From the NCBI GenBank assembly GCA_951406725.2, contig OX597816.1, positions 170,190,001 to 170,254,000 of the forward strand: a stretch of 64,000 nt of DNA, written 5' to 3'. The stretch is from Octopus vulgaris. Its lineage: Eukaryota. The position numbers were made by a program, and so were the translations under genes. Numbering within the stretch: position 1 is the first letter of the stretch; the number at the start of each line of letters is the position of its first letter. Below, piece after piece: positions 25,345 through 38,461 of the stretch. Under the pieces are notes generated by a model that saw only the letters and a list, made by a program, of their open reading frames with translations, ran no database searches and was not told the origin of the DNA.

Positions 25345-26930
25345 CCGGTGTACTAAGTTAGCCTTCTCTACCTCTTCGCCTCTGTACAAGAAGACCAACA
25401 ATTCGTCTTCCTCCGGGGACAAGGTAGTCACTTCTACCGTCGGCGGCTCAATTCCCACCGACAGTGTCTCTTCCCCTGCCGGTAGCACAAACCCCACCGA
25501 CGAGGCTCCGGGACATTCCGGTACTATGTTACCGATTGCCGGCAATGTTCCGTTTCTCTTCCGCTTCCTCTTTTTTCTTCTCACCTGAGGGAGGGTACGT
25601 CTCCTCCGTGACCAGGAGATTCGCCTTCCCACCCTCATCCCTAGGATCTTTCGGTGAGCACCCACTCTTGCTCACACCTTCCTCTTGCAGCCTTTCTTTG
25701 AGGAATCCTCCGCCTCCTCGGTCGCCTTCGTTCCCTCTTCTACAGAGGTCTCAAACAACTGCTCCAGGACCTTACTTTGTTCCTGAGGAAAGTTTTTTTC
25801 TTTATATGTCCAAGCTCCAGGCACTGATGACACTGCGGGGGGGGGCACCCTCAAGAATCACCTGCACCCGGCTATTTTCAAAAAATCTGGAATACCAGAA
25901 TTTTTTGTATTGTGTCCACAGGATCAAAACCGCTTTTGACCCTGCCCAATGGTAAAATTTTTACATTGAGCAGCTTGGCTCCGTTGCCACTCAGATCCCG
26001 TCGGATAGTGTCCTCTATCCACTCGGGTTCTATTCCGGGTGGCAAGCCACAGACCCAAGCCCTCGTCAACTTCCACCCACAATACGTGGGAAGAAACAAA
26101 ATCTCTCTGCCCTCCAAGGGCTGGCTTGCAAATTTGCGAGCCTCCTCGGGGCTGTTAAATAGCAACCACGCCGTTGCTTGTTTGACCCCCCCCCTGGAGG
26201 TGAATTTAATAGTTGACAGATACTCTACCAACTCCCTTTCGATAACATTCTTTTGAAATAGGGCGATGTTGTCGAGAGACTTGTAGTAAGTCCTCAACAC
26301 CACCGTTCTCACATCACAGCCTTTCAACCACTGTTTTTGAGTGACAATTTCCATTGTCTTTGTTCTTTGCCATGCTATTTATTTTTAAATAAAAAGTCCC
26401 AAAACAGTTCAGATAAAAATTCAAAAACAGAAGATAGAAAAAATATCAAAAGAGAGTGACAACTAAAAGGAAAGAAGAAAAAAGAAAACACTTCAATAAA
26501 AAGGAAGTCACAAAAAAGATAGAAGACAAAACAGTTCAAAAAAATCTCCTGGCCACTTGGTAATCCAGACCTATTTGGTACTCCAATTAGAACCTGGAAC
26601 GACACAACTAGGAACATAGCTTCCACTAAATTTGGTAAAAGTTGTTGTATCTTCGATATATTCACACAATTTTTGAAAGAAACTCTTCACAAAAATGAAC
26701 AAATTTTTGGAAGCGAGATACACCTCCAAAACAATAATTCTCACAATTAAGTGAGAAAAACTATTCACTCAACTGCAGGCAGACCTGAGTCCAGAATCCA
26801 GTGAGGACTTCTTATTTGTAAAAAAATAATTACGGCAAACAACAAATACCCACTGGACTCAAAAAACAAAAGTCTTACCTTAGAGTTGAGCTTTTTTTTT
26901 AATCACTATTTCACAGCTTCAAAGCTGCGT
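25345..26930 (-). mobile_element. L1/Tx1-like LINE 5' region: UTR + ORF1 pseudogene (RRM-like + zinc knuckle)
   Basis: ORF 25878-26354 with WLLFNSPEEARKFA and WVCGLPPGI; after a frameshift, CHQCLELGHIK knuckle (~25790-25835); no ORF2. Confidence 0.65.
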
Positions 26931-27570
26931 GGTGACTTCAATCAGTGTTACGAACAACACTGACAACGAAACACATGCGCAGTGGGAAACAAGCTTCTTA
27001 CCACACAGTCATATCTGCGCCTATGTATAGATGCATATATATACACACATACACAATCATATGTATGTGTGTGGGGGGGTTAGCTACATATATGTATGCA
27101 TATATACACAAATATATTTATAGATTTTTCTCAATTTCATTATGATTCATGTGGTTGTTATAGTGACTCTGCATCATTCCCATCTCAAATTTTTTATATT
27201 GAAGAAATATATGTTGGAGATATTTTGTGTAACATTTTCAAGCTAGAAATGGCTTCATTTATTTCTTACTTTATTTATTTATTTATTTATTTATTTATTA
27301 TTTATTTATTTATTATTTATTTATTTATTTATTCATTTATCTATTTCTGTAAGTTATAAACATTGAATCAAAATTCCAACCTTATTCCTTGCTTTGAAAA
27401 TATCTGAAATGAAGAGGAAAAATTAAAAGAGTTTACCGAAAACAGAATCGTTTTGTAGTTCCGGTCTATTAATCTTGTTTTTTTTTTTGTTTCTATTTTT
27501 GGAATAAAATTTCCGTCTCGATAATTATCTATTTGAGGAAACCTAGTTTTAGGTTGATAAACAAACATAT

Positions 27571-27732
27571 GGCGCAGGAGTGGCTGTGTGGTAAGTAGCT
27601 TGCTAACAAACCACATGGTTCCGGGTTCAGTCCCGCTGCGTGGCATCTTGGGCAAGTGTCATCTGCTATAGCCTCGGGCCGACCAATGCCTTGTGAGTGG
27701 ATTTGGTAGACGGAAACTGAAAGAAGCCCGTC

Positions 27733-27789
<57 letters not shown>

Positions 27790-28010
27790 TGTGTGTGTGT
27801 TTGTGTGTCTGCGTTTGTCCCCTAGCATTGTTTGACAACCGATGCTGGTGTGTTTACGTCCCCGTCACTTAGCGGTTCGGCAAAAGGGTCCGATAGAATA
27901 AGTACTGGGCTTACAAAGAATAAGTCCCGGGGTCGAGTCGCTCGACTAAAGGCGGTGCTCCAGCATGGCCGCAGTCAAATGACTGAAACAAGTAAAAGAG
28001 TAAAGAGTAA
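27571..28010 (+). mobile_element. Full-length SINE family A
   Basis: A-box tggctgtgtgg, B-box ggttcagtccc, cttgggcaagtgtc core, internal (TA)n(TG)n, tail gactgaaacaagtaaaagag. Confidence 0.92.
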
Positions 28011-29329
28011 TATACACTCAAAAATATACACATGAACACACAAATCTACACATATACACATGAACACACGTACATATATGTGTGTGAGTGTGTCTGTGTG
28101 AATGAGTCAGTGTGCGTGATTTATATACATTTTCCTTGGTATATGAACTCGTGGTGCGTGATTCTAAATCATCTAATATCATGTATTGCATATTGCCCCC
28201 GTTTAATCTCTTATGCAGTTGGTAGTCATAGCGTTCGATCCAGTTCCCCACCACCAGTCAGCCTAAATGTTCCTTTGGTGTAGTCTTCTTTGTTGCAAAC
28301 CCCTATTTCCTGCCACCGATAGGGAATTATCGCGAACTAACTCCGCATGCAGCATACCCACCTTTATTCCCCTTGATGCGGAAAGCTAATACTAAGTCTG
28401 CTTGACATTGCTTTGTCGAACACAATCTCTGATCATCGATTCGACCAAGGCTCTAAGCATTACCCCCTGGGTAACGTATAAAGCACAAAACTTCAACATT
28501 TCTGTGAATAGATTTCTCATTCTTATTCAAAGTCCTATCAAATACATTTTGCTGGAATTTCATTCGGAAAGGTGGCGTCGGCATATATGTGTATTACATT
28601 CTACTTGCCACTCAATGCTCTGGAAGTCCTTGTTGTTCATACCTAGGTAGGTATAAACACGCCAGTTCTGTTCTCTTTGTCCAATCCTTCAAATGCCTCA
28701 GCTCCCTCTATACTCTTTCACCCTCTAGAAACTAACATCTCTTCCACCGAGGATTTCTGTCTAATTGCACCCAACTTCGATGTCCTCATATTTTGTAATC
28801 CTCAACTCATAACACTAACAAGCTATACCTGCACAAATCGTTGACACTTCGAACTCTCTATGCTTATTTGTCACTTCCAAGTCCCACTTTAATTAGAGAA
28901 GGGAAGGTAATTGAAACTACATCCTCCAAAACTGATGGGAGGCCCGGCTGGTGTTTCTAACGCTGCGCACCCATTGTTAACCGCTTGTGAATTCACCTTA
29001 ACCGTATTCACCAAACAAGTGAGATTAAAAGACAGACTTTGTAGAAGGCAAAAAGCCATGTTCTAGCCAAATCTAGGCAGATATCTGTAATATCCCTTCA
29101 AATTTTTTTCAGTTCCCTGGGACAAACAATAGCGATGGACATCAATAACATTGGTGAACTTTAATTTCTAGACGATATGAGTAACTATGATACAGCTGGA
29201 AGTTTATGGTTGAACAAAGGTAAATCGCCTTAGTGAACTGCTCTGTGCTACCAATGGCAAACTATCTTAATAAATATATCTATCAAAGTCTCCTAACATA
29301 TCAACAAAGTTCACATTGCGATTAAGTTG

Positions 29330-29582
29330 CTTGGAAGTGACTGGAACAACAATCAATGCTGATAAATCAGTGGGTCTGCAGCTCAGCATCTTCAGAAACA
29401 AGTCCATGCTGTTTAATAGTGTCTAGAGCGTTGGACGGAGGAAGCAGATAAATTACTCGTTGTCTGATTTAGTTCTCAGAGTGGAGTAGAAATGGAATGA
29501 GGTAACTAACAGATTGGCCATTCTCGCTCAGAATTATGTTAGGAGAAAGCTGTCCCAGAAACGTCGGACAGAAGTGACGAAC
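29330..29582 (+). mobile_element. Degenerate L1/Tx1-like RT fragment
   Basis: EVTGTTINADKSVGLQL...RWTEEADKLL...WNEVTNRL...RKLSQKRRTEVTN; may extend upstream. Confidence 0.65.
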
Positions 29583-30290
29583 ACAGGACTGAAAGCAGAT
29601 ACTGAAGGTTTCATATTGACGGCACAAGATCAAAGCTTGCCTACGAAAAACTACCGATATGATGGAAACTGCATTTCTTCAAAACGGTTCTGACCCTAAA
29701 TGTAGATTCTGCGATAAATTTGATGAACCAATAGACCATCTCGTTTCAGGATGTTCTGTGCTCACACCAAACAAATACAAAAATCGTAACGATATGGTAG
29801 GACACTATTTACATTGGAAAATATGTAAACACTACAAAATCAGCACTCTTGCTTACTGGTATTAACCTGATCCTGAGCCAGTCATTAAAGGTAATAATGT
29901 CACTATCCTCTGTGATTTTCAAGCAACACCTACGGAACTATCCAACTTAATCGACCAGACATATTCATTAAAGACAGAGAAGAAAATACTCGTAGACTAA
30001 TTGGCGTAAGTGTTGTCACTGATAAAAATATATCTGTAAAGGAATTTGACAAATTAAGTAGATATAAGGACCTACAAATTGAAATAAAAGAGATATAGCA
30101 TCTTAAAGGGAAAACTGTTCCTGTTATTGTGGGTGCCCTAAGTATGAAAAGAAAGGGATGTCAGGAACATTTAGATAATATGCCAGGAGAACCATGTCTC
30201 AGAGAAATCCAAAAGATTGTATTGACAAGTTTTGCCCACATCCTTAGAAAACCCCTCTCAATTTAAATGCATATATTACATGAAGATATC
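29583..30290 (+). mobile_element. R4/Dong-like LINE 3' part (CCHC + RLE), same family as 23050-23708
   Basis: LKADTEGFILTAQDQ, CRFCDKFDEPIDHLVSGC, RPDIFIKDREEN, EIQKIVLTS. Confidence 0.88.
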
Positions 30291-30299
30291 TTGCTAAGC

Positions 30300-30890
30300 T
30301 TTCTTGACTTCCTGTCCATCTCCTTTAGCTCCACCTCTATCCACTTCAGGATTCCAGCGCCATACCGAACTAATGCGACTGCGCGCGAGTTTACAGCCGA
30401 AATTATGTTTTTGGTATTCAACTTTGAAGCCAATATTTTTCTCTTTCGCCGCAGGTACTCTCTTTGTCTTTTCCTTCATTCTATATTGTTTGATTCCATC
30501 TGCCCCAAGTATTCCCATCTATTTATCACTGGATTTGGGTTGAATTACATTCTGTCCTGGCAAGCTTTCCAAGTTTCACCTCCATCGTAGCACATTTCGA
30601 GAGCCCAAACTCCATTTTAATACCATTGGAGAAAATCTGCACACACTGGACTAGGTGGTTCAGTTCTGACTCATTATTTGCGAGTAGCTTCATGTCGTTC
30701 ATGAATAGAAATTGGTTTAGTTTTCTCTTACCTTTTCCCAACTTTATTTTCTGTAATATTTCACTGAAGGGGAGCACGAATATCAGTGGGGACACACTGT
30801 CCCCCTGGAAGATTCCTCTCTCGATTTTCACCTCTCCTAGTACTTGTTTCCCTGAAGTCAATTCCGTTCTCCAGTATTTCATGCTATTTC
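30300..30890 (-). mobile_element. RLE-type LINE RT fragment
   Basis: GIFQGDSVSPLIFV, FLFMNDMKL, MEFGLSKCA; 5' end abuts (TAA)n. Confidence 0.85.
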
Positions 30891-30933
30891 ATATAAGATT
30901 ATTTATTTATTATTTTTATTATTGCTGCTGTTA

Positions 30934-31008
<75 letters not shown>

Positions 31009-31169
31009 GCTAACGATGCATGGAGCCCATCATCCACGTGCAGACACTGATTGTCTATACATGAAGAGAGCAAATGGACGAAGGTAACTGATAAGTGTGG
31101 AAGACTGCGTGCGTATCGAACTCGAGAGCTTATTGAAATACCTAGCCCAAAGTAAGGAAACCTTGCTAG

Positions 31170-31450
31170 AAACAATTAGGAACGAGGGAGTGTTGAGAGT
31201 ATAGAAAAAGGGAAAACAAAGGGAGAAGTGAAGAAGAATTACGCTATCAATTACATGTAGACACAACAGAAGTTGCTGGAAAAAAATAGATGGGACTTGC
31301 TGATGAAAGGAACCCTATAGAAAGAGACAGAGAACGCTATACTGGCAGCGCAGGACCAAGCTTTGGCCATGAACTAGAGGGTCAGCCTGAGGAATGAGCA
31401 AGTGTCTCATGGTATGAGCACAAACCACAGAGAGTAGCGGAGTCTAACGG
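31170..31450 (+). mobile_element. RLE-type LINE fragment
   Basis: KETENAILAAQDQALA and WYEHKPQRVAES. Confidence 0.65.
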
Positions 31451-31549
31451 TAGAGTTCTAATACGGTGCCAGCAGTTCACTAGCAGTGAACTAAGGTAAC
31501 ACCCCATATTTTTCGAGGACAATCCGTTTCCTGCTGGGTAGGCTATATC

Positions 31550-32020
31550 TATGATCCAGCATTATTTGCTTTCTTTCTTAATTAACACTATGTCTGGTTA
31601 CCTATTCTCTATTTCATGGTCGCACTGAATCATAAAATCCGATAGGATCTTTGCATTCTTTTCGATGATGTTTTCGGGTTTATGTTCGTAGCCCAATTGT
31701 TTCCTCTGTCAAGTCCATATTTGTTGCAAAGTGTTCATTGGACAATCCTTGCTATGTTTTCATGACGTCTGATATTCTTTCTGGGCTAGTGGCGTACACT
31801 GGGTGGTAATATGTCATACAGTTTCACCATTTTAGCCACAAATTCTGCACTTAGCACTTTATAATGTGTTGTCTATTTTGTATTTCATGTAATTGGTTCT
31901 TAATGCTTGCTCTTGGGCAGCATATATTAGAGCCATCGTTTCCGTTTTAAAATCACTTTTAAACATCCATAGCCATTTTTTCTCTCTCTGTCTTATCTTC
32001 AAAATCGCTATAAAATTGAC
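31550..32020 (-). mobile_element. RLE-type LINE CCHC/RLE fragment
   Basis: AQEQALRTNYMKYKID, KCRICG, HITTQCTPLAQKEY, YEHKPENII, KILSDFMIQCD. Confidence 0.8.
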
Positions 32021-35000
32021 CTTACCGTTTTCGTACTAGGGTCGATAAAATGTACTGGCCCTCTCCCACTAAATTTCAGGCCTTGTGCCTATAACAGAAA
32101 GAATTATCATTATTATTAGATATCACCGTGCTAAATGTGTTACCTATCTTCCGTTATATATTTTTATTTATTTATTTTATTCTGTATAGTGTATTACTGT
32201 TATAATATGGAAAATTACTGAAACTGAATTGTTATATAAGGTTCCATGTTAAGAAGAAATGAGATTCGTTATTAGTTTTCTTTTCCTGCATTCTCTATTT
32301 TTATAATAGCTACAGTGTTACAAGGAGATAATTCCAACAATGTTAGTAGTGAAGGACCGGTTCAAAAGAAATATAAATAAAAAGTATATATACATATATG
32401 TAAACGTATGTATATCCGTATGAATAACAATGTTAATGAAACAAACGGCATTAATATTTGAAACAAAATAAACACAGAACTGTGTCAATATCGAATATAA
32501 AGTATCATTATCGACGGGTGGGAAAATTGCTGGGAAAAACATCAGGGTCAACGGTTTTTGTCTCAACTACATAACAAAACAGAAAGTAAGGAATCCAATA
32601 AGATAACAGCAAAGGACAAACAGCAGGGGCAATACTCTCCCGGATGGATGTCGACATTAAAATGAATGACAATATATATGTAAGATGTGTACTGGTATAC
32701 AAACAGAGAAATAGAAATACAATGCCGAAAGACAATTATGTGAGATAGAAAATAAGCTATGAAATATTTATGCCTATTTCTTGTGAAAGGAGTCATCATG
32801 AAACTCGCTTCAAAAATATCTTAACAGCAGGTTGCACATAAAACGTGAATGGAGGACGCTCTTTCGATTAGTTGTTAAGTTCTTATCTAAAATGCAATTA
32901 CTGCTTCACACTTGGTGTACCCCTAGAGAGACAAAAAAAAATAAATAAATTGCGAATGTAACAACTATTATTATACCGGAAGATGTAGATCTCTGGTTGC
33001 TTTTTATACTTCATCAAAGATTCAGGCGATTTGGTCGCAGAGGGAGCTGAAAACTATGAGGGGATTTCAATATCAAAACAATCTATGGAGGGAATACCAA
33101 AACATACCCGAAGCCTAAACACATTAACTACACACAAGTATCAACATACGCGATGAAATGAACAAGATGCATCTAGGATACAACTTCCATGTTACGGAGG
33201 GAAAGATCTACAGAATATCAAAATGTAACAGCACAACCAAAAATCTAGAAAATATAGAAATTCCCCACGTGAAAACAACGCAAACAGAGCGAATATAGAT
33301 TTTCATCCCCTCATACAAACTTTCAGAGTTGTAAATATAAATAATAAATTAAAAAAAGCGACGTGAAGCAACTGGATAATTTGACAAACGATTAATAGAC
33401 TTAGAAAATGTGTTTGTGGAAATGAAAGGGAGAAACTCGTTCACATCACGAGTATAGATTGCTGATAAAGATTAGGTAAAATGATTATTTAAAGAGATAA
33501 CTTTAACTCTGCATACGAGGCGAAAGTGTTGAAAGATAATTTCTAGATCTATAAAGAAATCTCTTCCCACTCTCTTATATGTGTCTCTACACACTGATCA
33601 TGATTGTTTTGAGGATTAGCTTCTAAATGTGAATGCTGGGTTGTTGAATCTCTTGCAAATGTTTACTGAAACTTTTCAGTTCTATTAGGGTTTCTAACAT
33701 ATTCTAACCCACTCCCAACATTTGGCAAACTAAGATGTTTAATTTGTCATTCAATAAAACTGCTGCAAATAGTGAGATAAATTACTTTTTGATGGTTTTT
33801 GACGTAACTAGCCGAGATCTTGAAGTAATATCTACGTTGTATGATAAGATTGTGAGGATGGTGGACATGTGAGGAGAATGCAACAATCTCCTAAACATAT
33901 CAGATTAGATCCAAGTGTCGAAAAGATGTCGAACGTATTTTCTGAATGTGTCAATACACATATCACAGCTGTACATCCTGGTCTCATTTTATAAAATTTC
34001 GTTATCATCTAATTAAAAACAAAAATGGTGGCGACTGGTAGAATCGTTAGCAAAGCAGAAAAACATACTTAGAAGCCATTAGTCTGTCTTTAAGTAATGA
34101 GTTCAAATTCCGTCGACTTCAACTGCATTTTCTTTCTTTCGCGGTCATTGAAATACGTACCAATAGAGCACTGGGGTCGATGTATTTGACCAGATCTCTC
34201 CACTATACTTGTAGCAGAAAGGTTTATCATCTAATTAGAACGGAGAAAGAATTCTTATATATCTGTTTATCTATATTGTCAAAATTGTAGGTGCTTTCTG
34301 ATAAGCTTAGAATGAGCGCAGTAAAATATTTAAACAAATATTTTGAATATGTCTTTGAAATGCAATTCTTATTCTTTAATTTGAATACTTCAACTCGGAT
34401 TTCACCCGTCTTGAAACAGACTTGTTATTCACTACGATGTCGTGTTTTTGTCATTATCTTTAAAAACAGTCACTTCTGCTGTCTGTCTGTCTGTCTGTCC
34501 ATCTCCCTCTCTCACTCTCCACATCTTTCTCCTTCTCTCTCAAAACAAAACATACCATAAGCATTTCATGTTAAAATTATTGTATTTTTTCTATTGTTTG
34601 ATTTGCTAACAAAGCGAGAAAATGAAAGCAATCGTGGCGTAATTATAAGAAAAATGACACTTCACTTAAAATACCAAAACGAACGCAAATTTTAAAAAAA
34701 TACTTTTATAACTTCAGGGAGAAAATCACTTTCATTCTAAAAGTAGATGCATTACGACGAGGTTAAAAAAAAGCATTTAGGTAGCTAAGCTTATTTTATG
34801 ATGTAATATTGTGAAAGTGCTAGCAATGGATTCATTTCAAAAGCAAGCCAGATGTATTTAATTAGAAAGATAAAATGTAGTGATGGAATAATCATTAGAA
34901 ATTTCAAAAATATTCAAAGAGTAAACAATATGTTGTTTTAATTACGCCACCATTCCGAACTAATCAAACCCGCATATAACATTTTTTCGAATATCTCTTC

Positions 35001-35279
35001 GGATTCTTGTTTTGAACGTTCATGATTGTCACTATTTTGTATTACTCGTATTATATAATTCTTGGGAATACATAATTACATTAGATCAGGTGTTGTTTTA
35101 ATTAGGAGGGTATGCTTATAAGAAGATTTGGCTGCAATTTACAGAAGATTGATAAACTGCACTGAGGTTTCATCTGGAGGTAAAATGATTGAAAGTAGCT
35201 TTATACATGATTTGTCCTAGATGACTTGAATAAAGTATTTATCAAAAATGTGCAGAGGCGAATGAAAGATTACATTGGT

Positions 35280-35870
35280 TGTAGAAAAGTGTCTGTGACT
35301 CTATGATTCTGGAAGGCTTAATACAGTGGTGTATATCAAACAGGTTCAAGCAATCTGCGCACGTCTCAATAAATAAGCCATAGAAAAAGAGCATCATGGA
35401 AGCTGCCACTTCAAAATATTATGTCTCAGAAACTCCGGTAAATAGTATAGTACAACTAATTCTAGAAAATACATACAAACATACAGATTATAAGCTCTGG
35501 TTTATACCTGTAATTATTGGGCACTGTGATATGTAACACTGCCTGAATAATAATCTTGATAAGTTAGACTTCTCAAAACCAGAAAAGAGAAAGCTGATTC
35601 GCAGACTACAAATCCAAGTCATAAGTAGAACTGTAGAAACCTATAAAACTTTCCGGAAGTTTATCATTTAAGTATATGTAAACATGCGCAGACATGCAAC
35701 AAGATGTATGAGAATACATACATAAAACAAAATATTCCAATCTGCACATATACATACATACAAAAATATCCTGTTGATGTTGAAATTCCAACCAAGGCAC
35801 CTTGGATCTAGGCTAGAAACTGGCTTTTTCTCAATTGGCAAGGAATCTTGAAATAAAACTAAACATTGAC
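35280..35870 (+). mobile_element. Degenerate RLE LINE 3' end followed by (ACAT)n
   Basis: YKLWFIPVIIG-like motif similar to ~37960-38000; probable 3' UTR then (CATA)n. Confidence 0.5.
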
Positions 35871-35987
35871 ATACACACATACATAATACATATATACATA
35901 CATACATACATACATACATACATACATGCATACATACATACATACATACATATGTACATATACACATAAATGTATACATACATACAC

Positions 35988-36190
35988 GCCGTGATAGATC
36001 GTTAGCTACTACACGCATTTTTTTCTCTCCTTGTTTCTCTTCTTGTTTTTTTATATGTATCTTTCTGTCGAAGAGCGTAGGTTCGAAACGTAAAAGACTT
36101 GTTCTATTCCTGAGCGCTATACTAATACATTTGTTTGTTTGTACTCCACCTGCCTTTGTCTTTTGTTTATTTTCGTAAACTTTCCCTTTA
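35988..36190 (+). mobile_element. Solo PLE-type terminal repeat inside a microsatellite
   Basis: Flanked by (CATA)n and (TA)/(CATA)n; contains a hammerhead fold. Confidence 0.6.
36060..36097 (+). ncRNA. Minimal type I hammerhead ribozyme motif (one core mismatch)
   Basis: tcttt-CTGTCGA-a-gagc(gtag)gttc-GAA-ACGT-A-aaaga: 5-bp stem I, 4-bp stem II, palindromic stem III. Confidence 0.6.
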
Positions 36191-36263
36191 TATATACACA
36201 TACATATATACATACACACTACATACATACATACATACATACATACATACATACATACATACA

Positions 36264-36297
<34 letters not shown>

Positions 36298-36321
36298 CAT
36301 ACATACATACATGCATACATA

Positions 36322-38100
36322 CAATCCTTGCCACAGTGCCAACTGCTACAGTGAATCCCATTGAAAAACTGACTGAAACATGGTCCACACATTTATCACT
36401 GACAACTACTAAAGCAGCAAACAGAATCAAGCTATCACCAGGAATATCCCAGGGCGGTAGTTTATCTGTACCGCTGCTTGCACTGCAGTGAATCCCTTGT
36501 CGGCGTAACTAACAAAATGCCAAAGCTACATGCTCGGATATGCAGAATAGAATAAATGTAATGCATCCAACACATTTTTTGTTGATGATCAAAATTTATA
36601 TTCCGGTAATGTGACCAACATCAGGAGACAATTAGAACTAGTCACAAGGTTCTCATGAAATACAGGAAGGGAGTTTGGGTGATACGTGATAGTCAACTGA
36701 CGTAATAGTCAACTACTCATACGTGATAGTCAACTGGGGAAAGACTCTTGACCAGCCAGAGAACATACACATCCCTTATCTCTAATGATGAAAGCTACAA
36801 TTACCTTGGAATAAGAATGTTGCTTGCATCGTTGCTGTGGCTAAAGCCAGAGTAACAAAAGTGTACTGCTGCAGACTCCGGAAAATATAGAACTCAAAGC
36901 TATCTGCATTTAACAAAACCATATCTCACAATATTTTAGCAATCCCAGTACTAGTACCAACATTTGGAATATTGGACTGGACACTCGATGAGATACGCAG
37001 CCTGAAGATCAAAAACCAGTAAAGTACTGACCACTACTGGCAACTTTCACATACACAGTGATACCGATACGATTAATGTGAGGCGAAGTGATGGATGTAG
37101 AGGCATGGGATCAGTTTTTTCGATGTCGCATTCTATCACCCAGACAAAGCATGCTAAACAGTAAAGGAAGAAATGAGTACATTCCACACACACTCAAAAT
37201 TCAGAGTAACAGCATCTTCATGTTTCGAGAAGAATTACTGTGCTGATACTCTGAAGATACAACTGTTTCATGCAACCTAAAGTAAGCTGGACTGACCTAC
37301 CTAAACAAAACCTTGGAGGAGAAGCAGACAGGTATCATACCAAGAAAACACAATGCATATCCTGTGAGCGAGAGGACAACTGCAGCATTGACAAGAAGAG
37401 TAGCCTTTCCTGGACCTGCGATGGATACATTACATCCCACCTAGAAGTATATGCATTCTCTACCAAGAAACAGAAGATAGCTACTAAATACTTGATAAAC
37501 AAGCGGTACAAAGATACAACCAAACCTCTACATCGTGAAAAAAATATCGGCTCAACTGCACCAGTGAGGAAGATATCAGCCACGCCATCAGCGGCTACTC
37601 AAAAGTATCTACAAGACACTACCTGCGCCTAGGGCATGATATAATTGCAAAGACTATGTACAATGCTATCCATAGGAAGGACTGCACTGATGTATACATC
37701 AAAGGCATGTCAAAACCAGCAGGTGTTCAAACCTTTAAAAGCATTCTAATAAACACTCCAATAAAAACATGGACCACTCTAATAAAAACATCAATTCGAT
37801 GCAAACATAACAGACCTGATATTGTTTTGTGGAACGAGGAAGAAAATAATGCACTGTTGTAGAGGTCAGCTGCCCAGCGGATGTGAATATATAATAAAAA
37901 AATCCAAGAAAAAGAGAAAACTTATGGCGAATTTATGGGGAACTTACATGTCTTGTACTATGACTATCAAGTTTCATTTGTACCTATCATCATAGGTGCA
38001 TTAGATTATGCACCAACACATTTGAACAAAATCCTTGCAGTTCTTGGTTTTACTAAAAAAGACAAAAAGAAATTGACGCGGATACTCCAAATACAATCTA
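36322..38100 (+). mobile_element. Degenerate 5'-truncated RLE-type LINE (RT to RLE)
   Basis: PGISQGGSLSV, FVDD, YNYLGI, AIPVLVPTFGILDWT, KHNRPDIVLW, VEVSCPADVNI, FVPIIIGALD. Confidence 0.85.
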
Positions 38101-38376
38101 TTAATGACAGAAATTCTCAATATGAGATTCATTAGATCAACAGATGCACACACTATGGTGTGTGTATCGCCAGTTCAACCAACACACCAACACAATCACA
38201 TATTTACAAGCACTGGGAACTTTCTTCTTGACTTAATAAGTCTTGTTGCTTTGTTAGCGAGCGGTTTGAACTGCCTTAAGAATAACTTATATAAAACTCA
38301 AAGAAAAATCATACATACGTATGGCTGTGTGTGCGTGTGTGATGTGTGGTTTGTAAATGTGTGTCTCTCTCTCTCT

Positions 38377-38461
<85 letters not shown>

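Noticed and set aside
32400-33980. Possible L1-like (GDFN) and GIY-YIG remnants
   Set aside because: Too decayed to support by eye.
36682-36736. Short local triplications (also 47469-47494 and 9995-10028)
   Set aside because: Ordinary slippage duplications.
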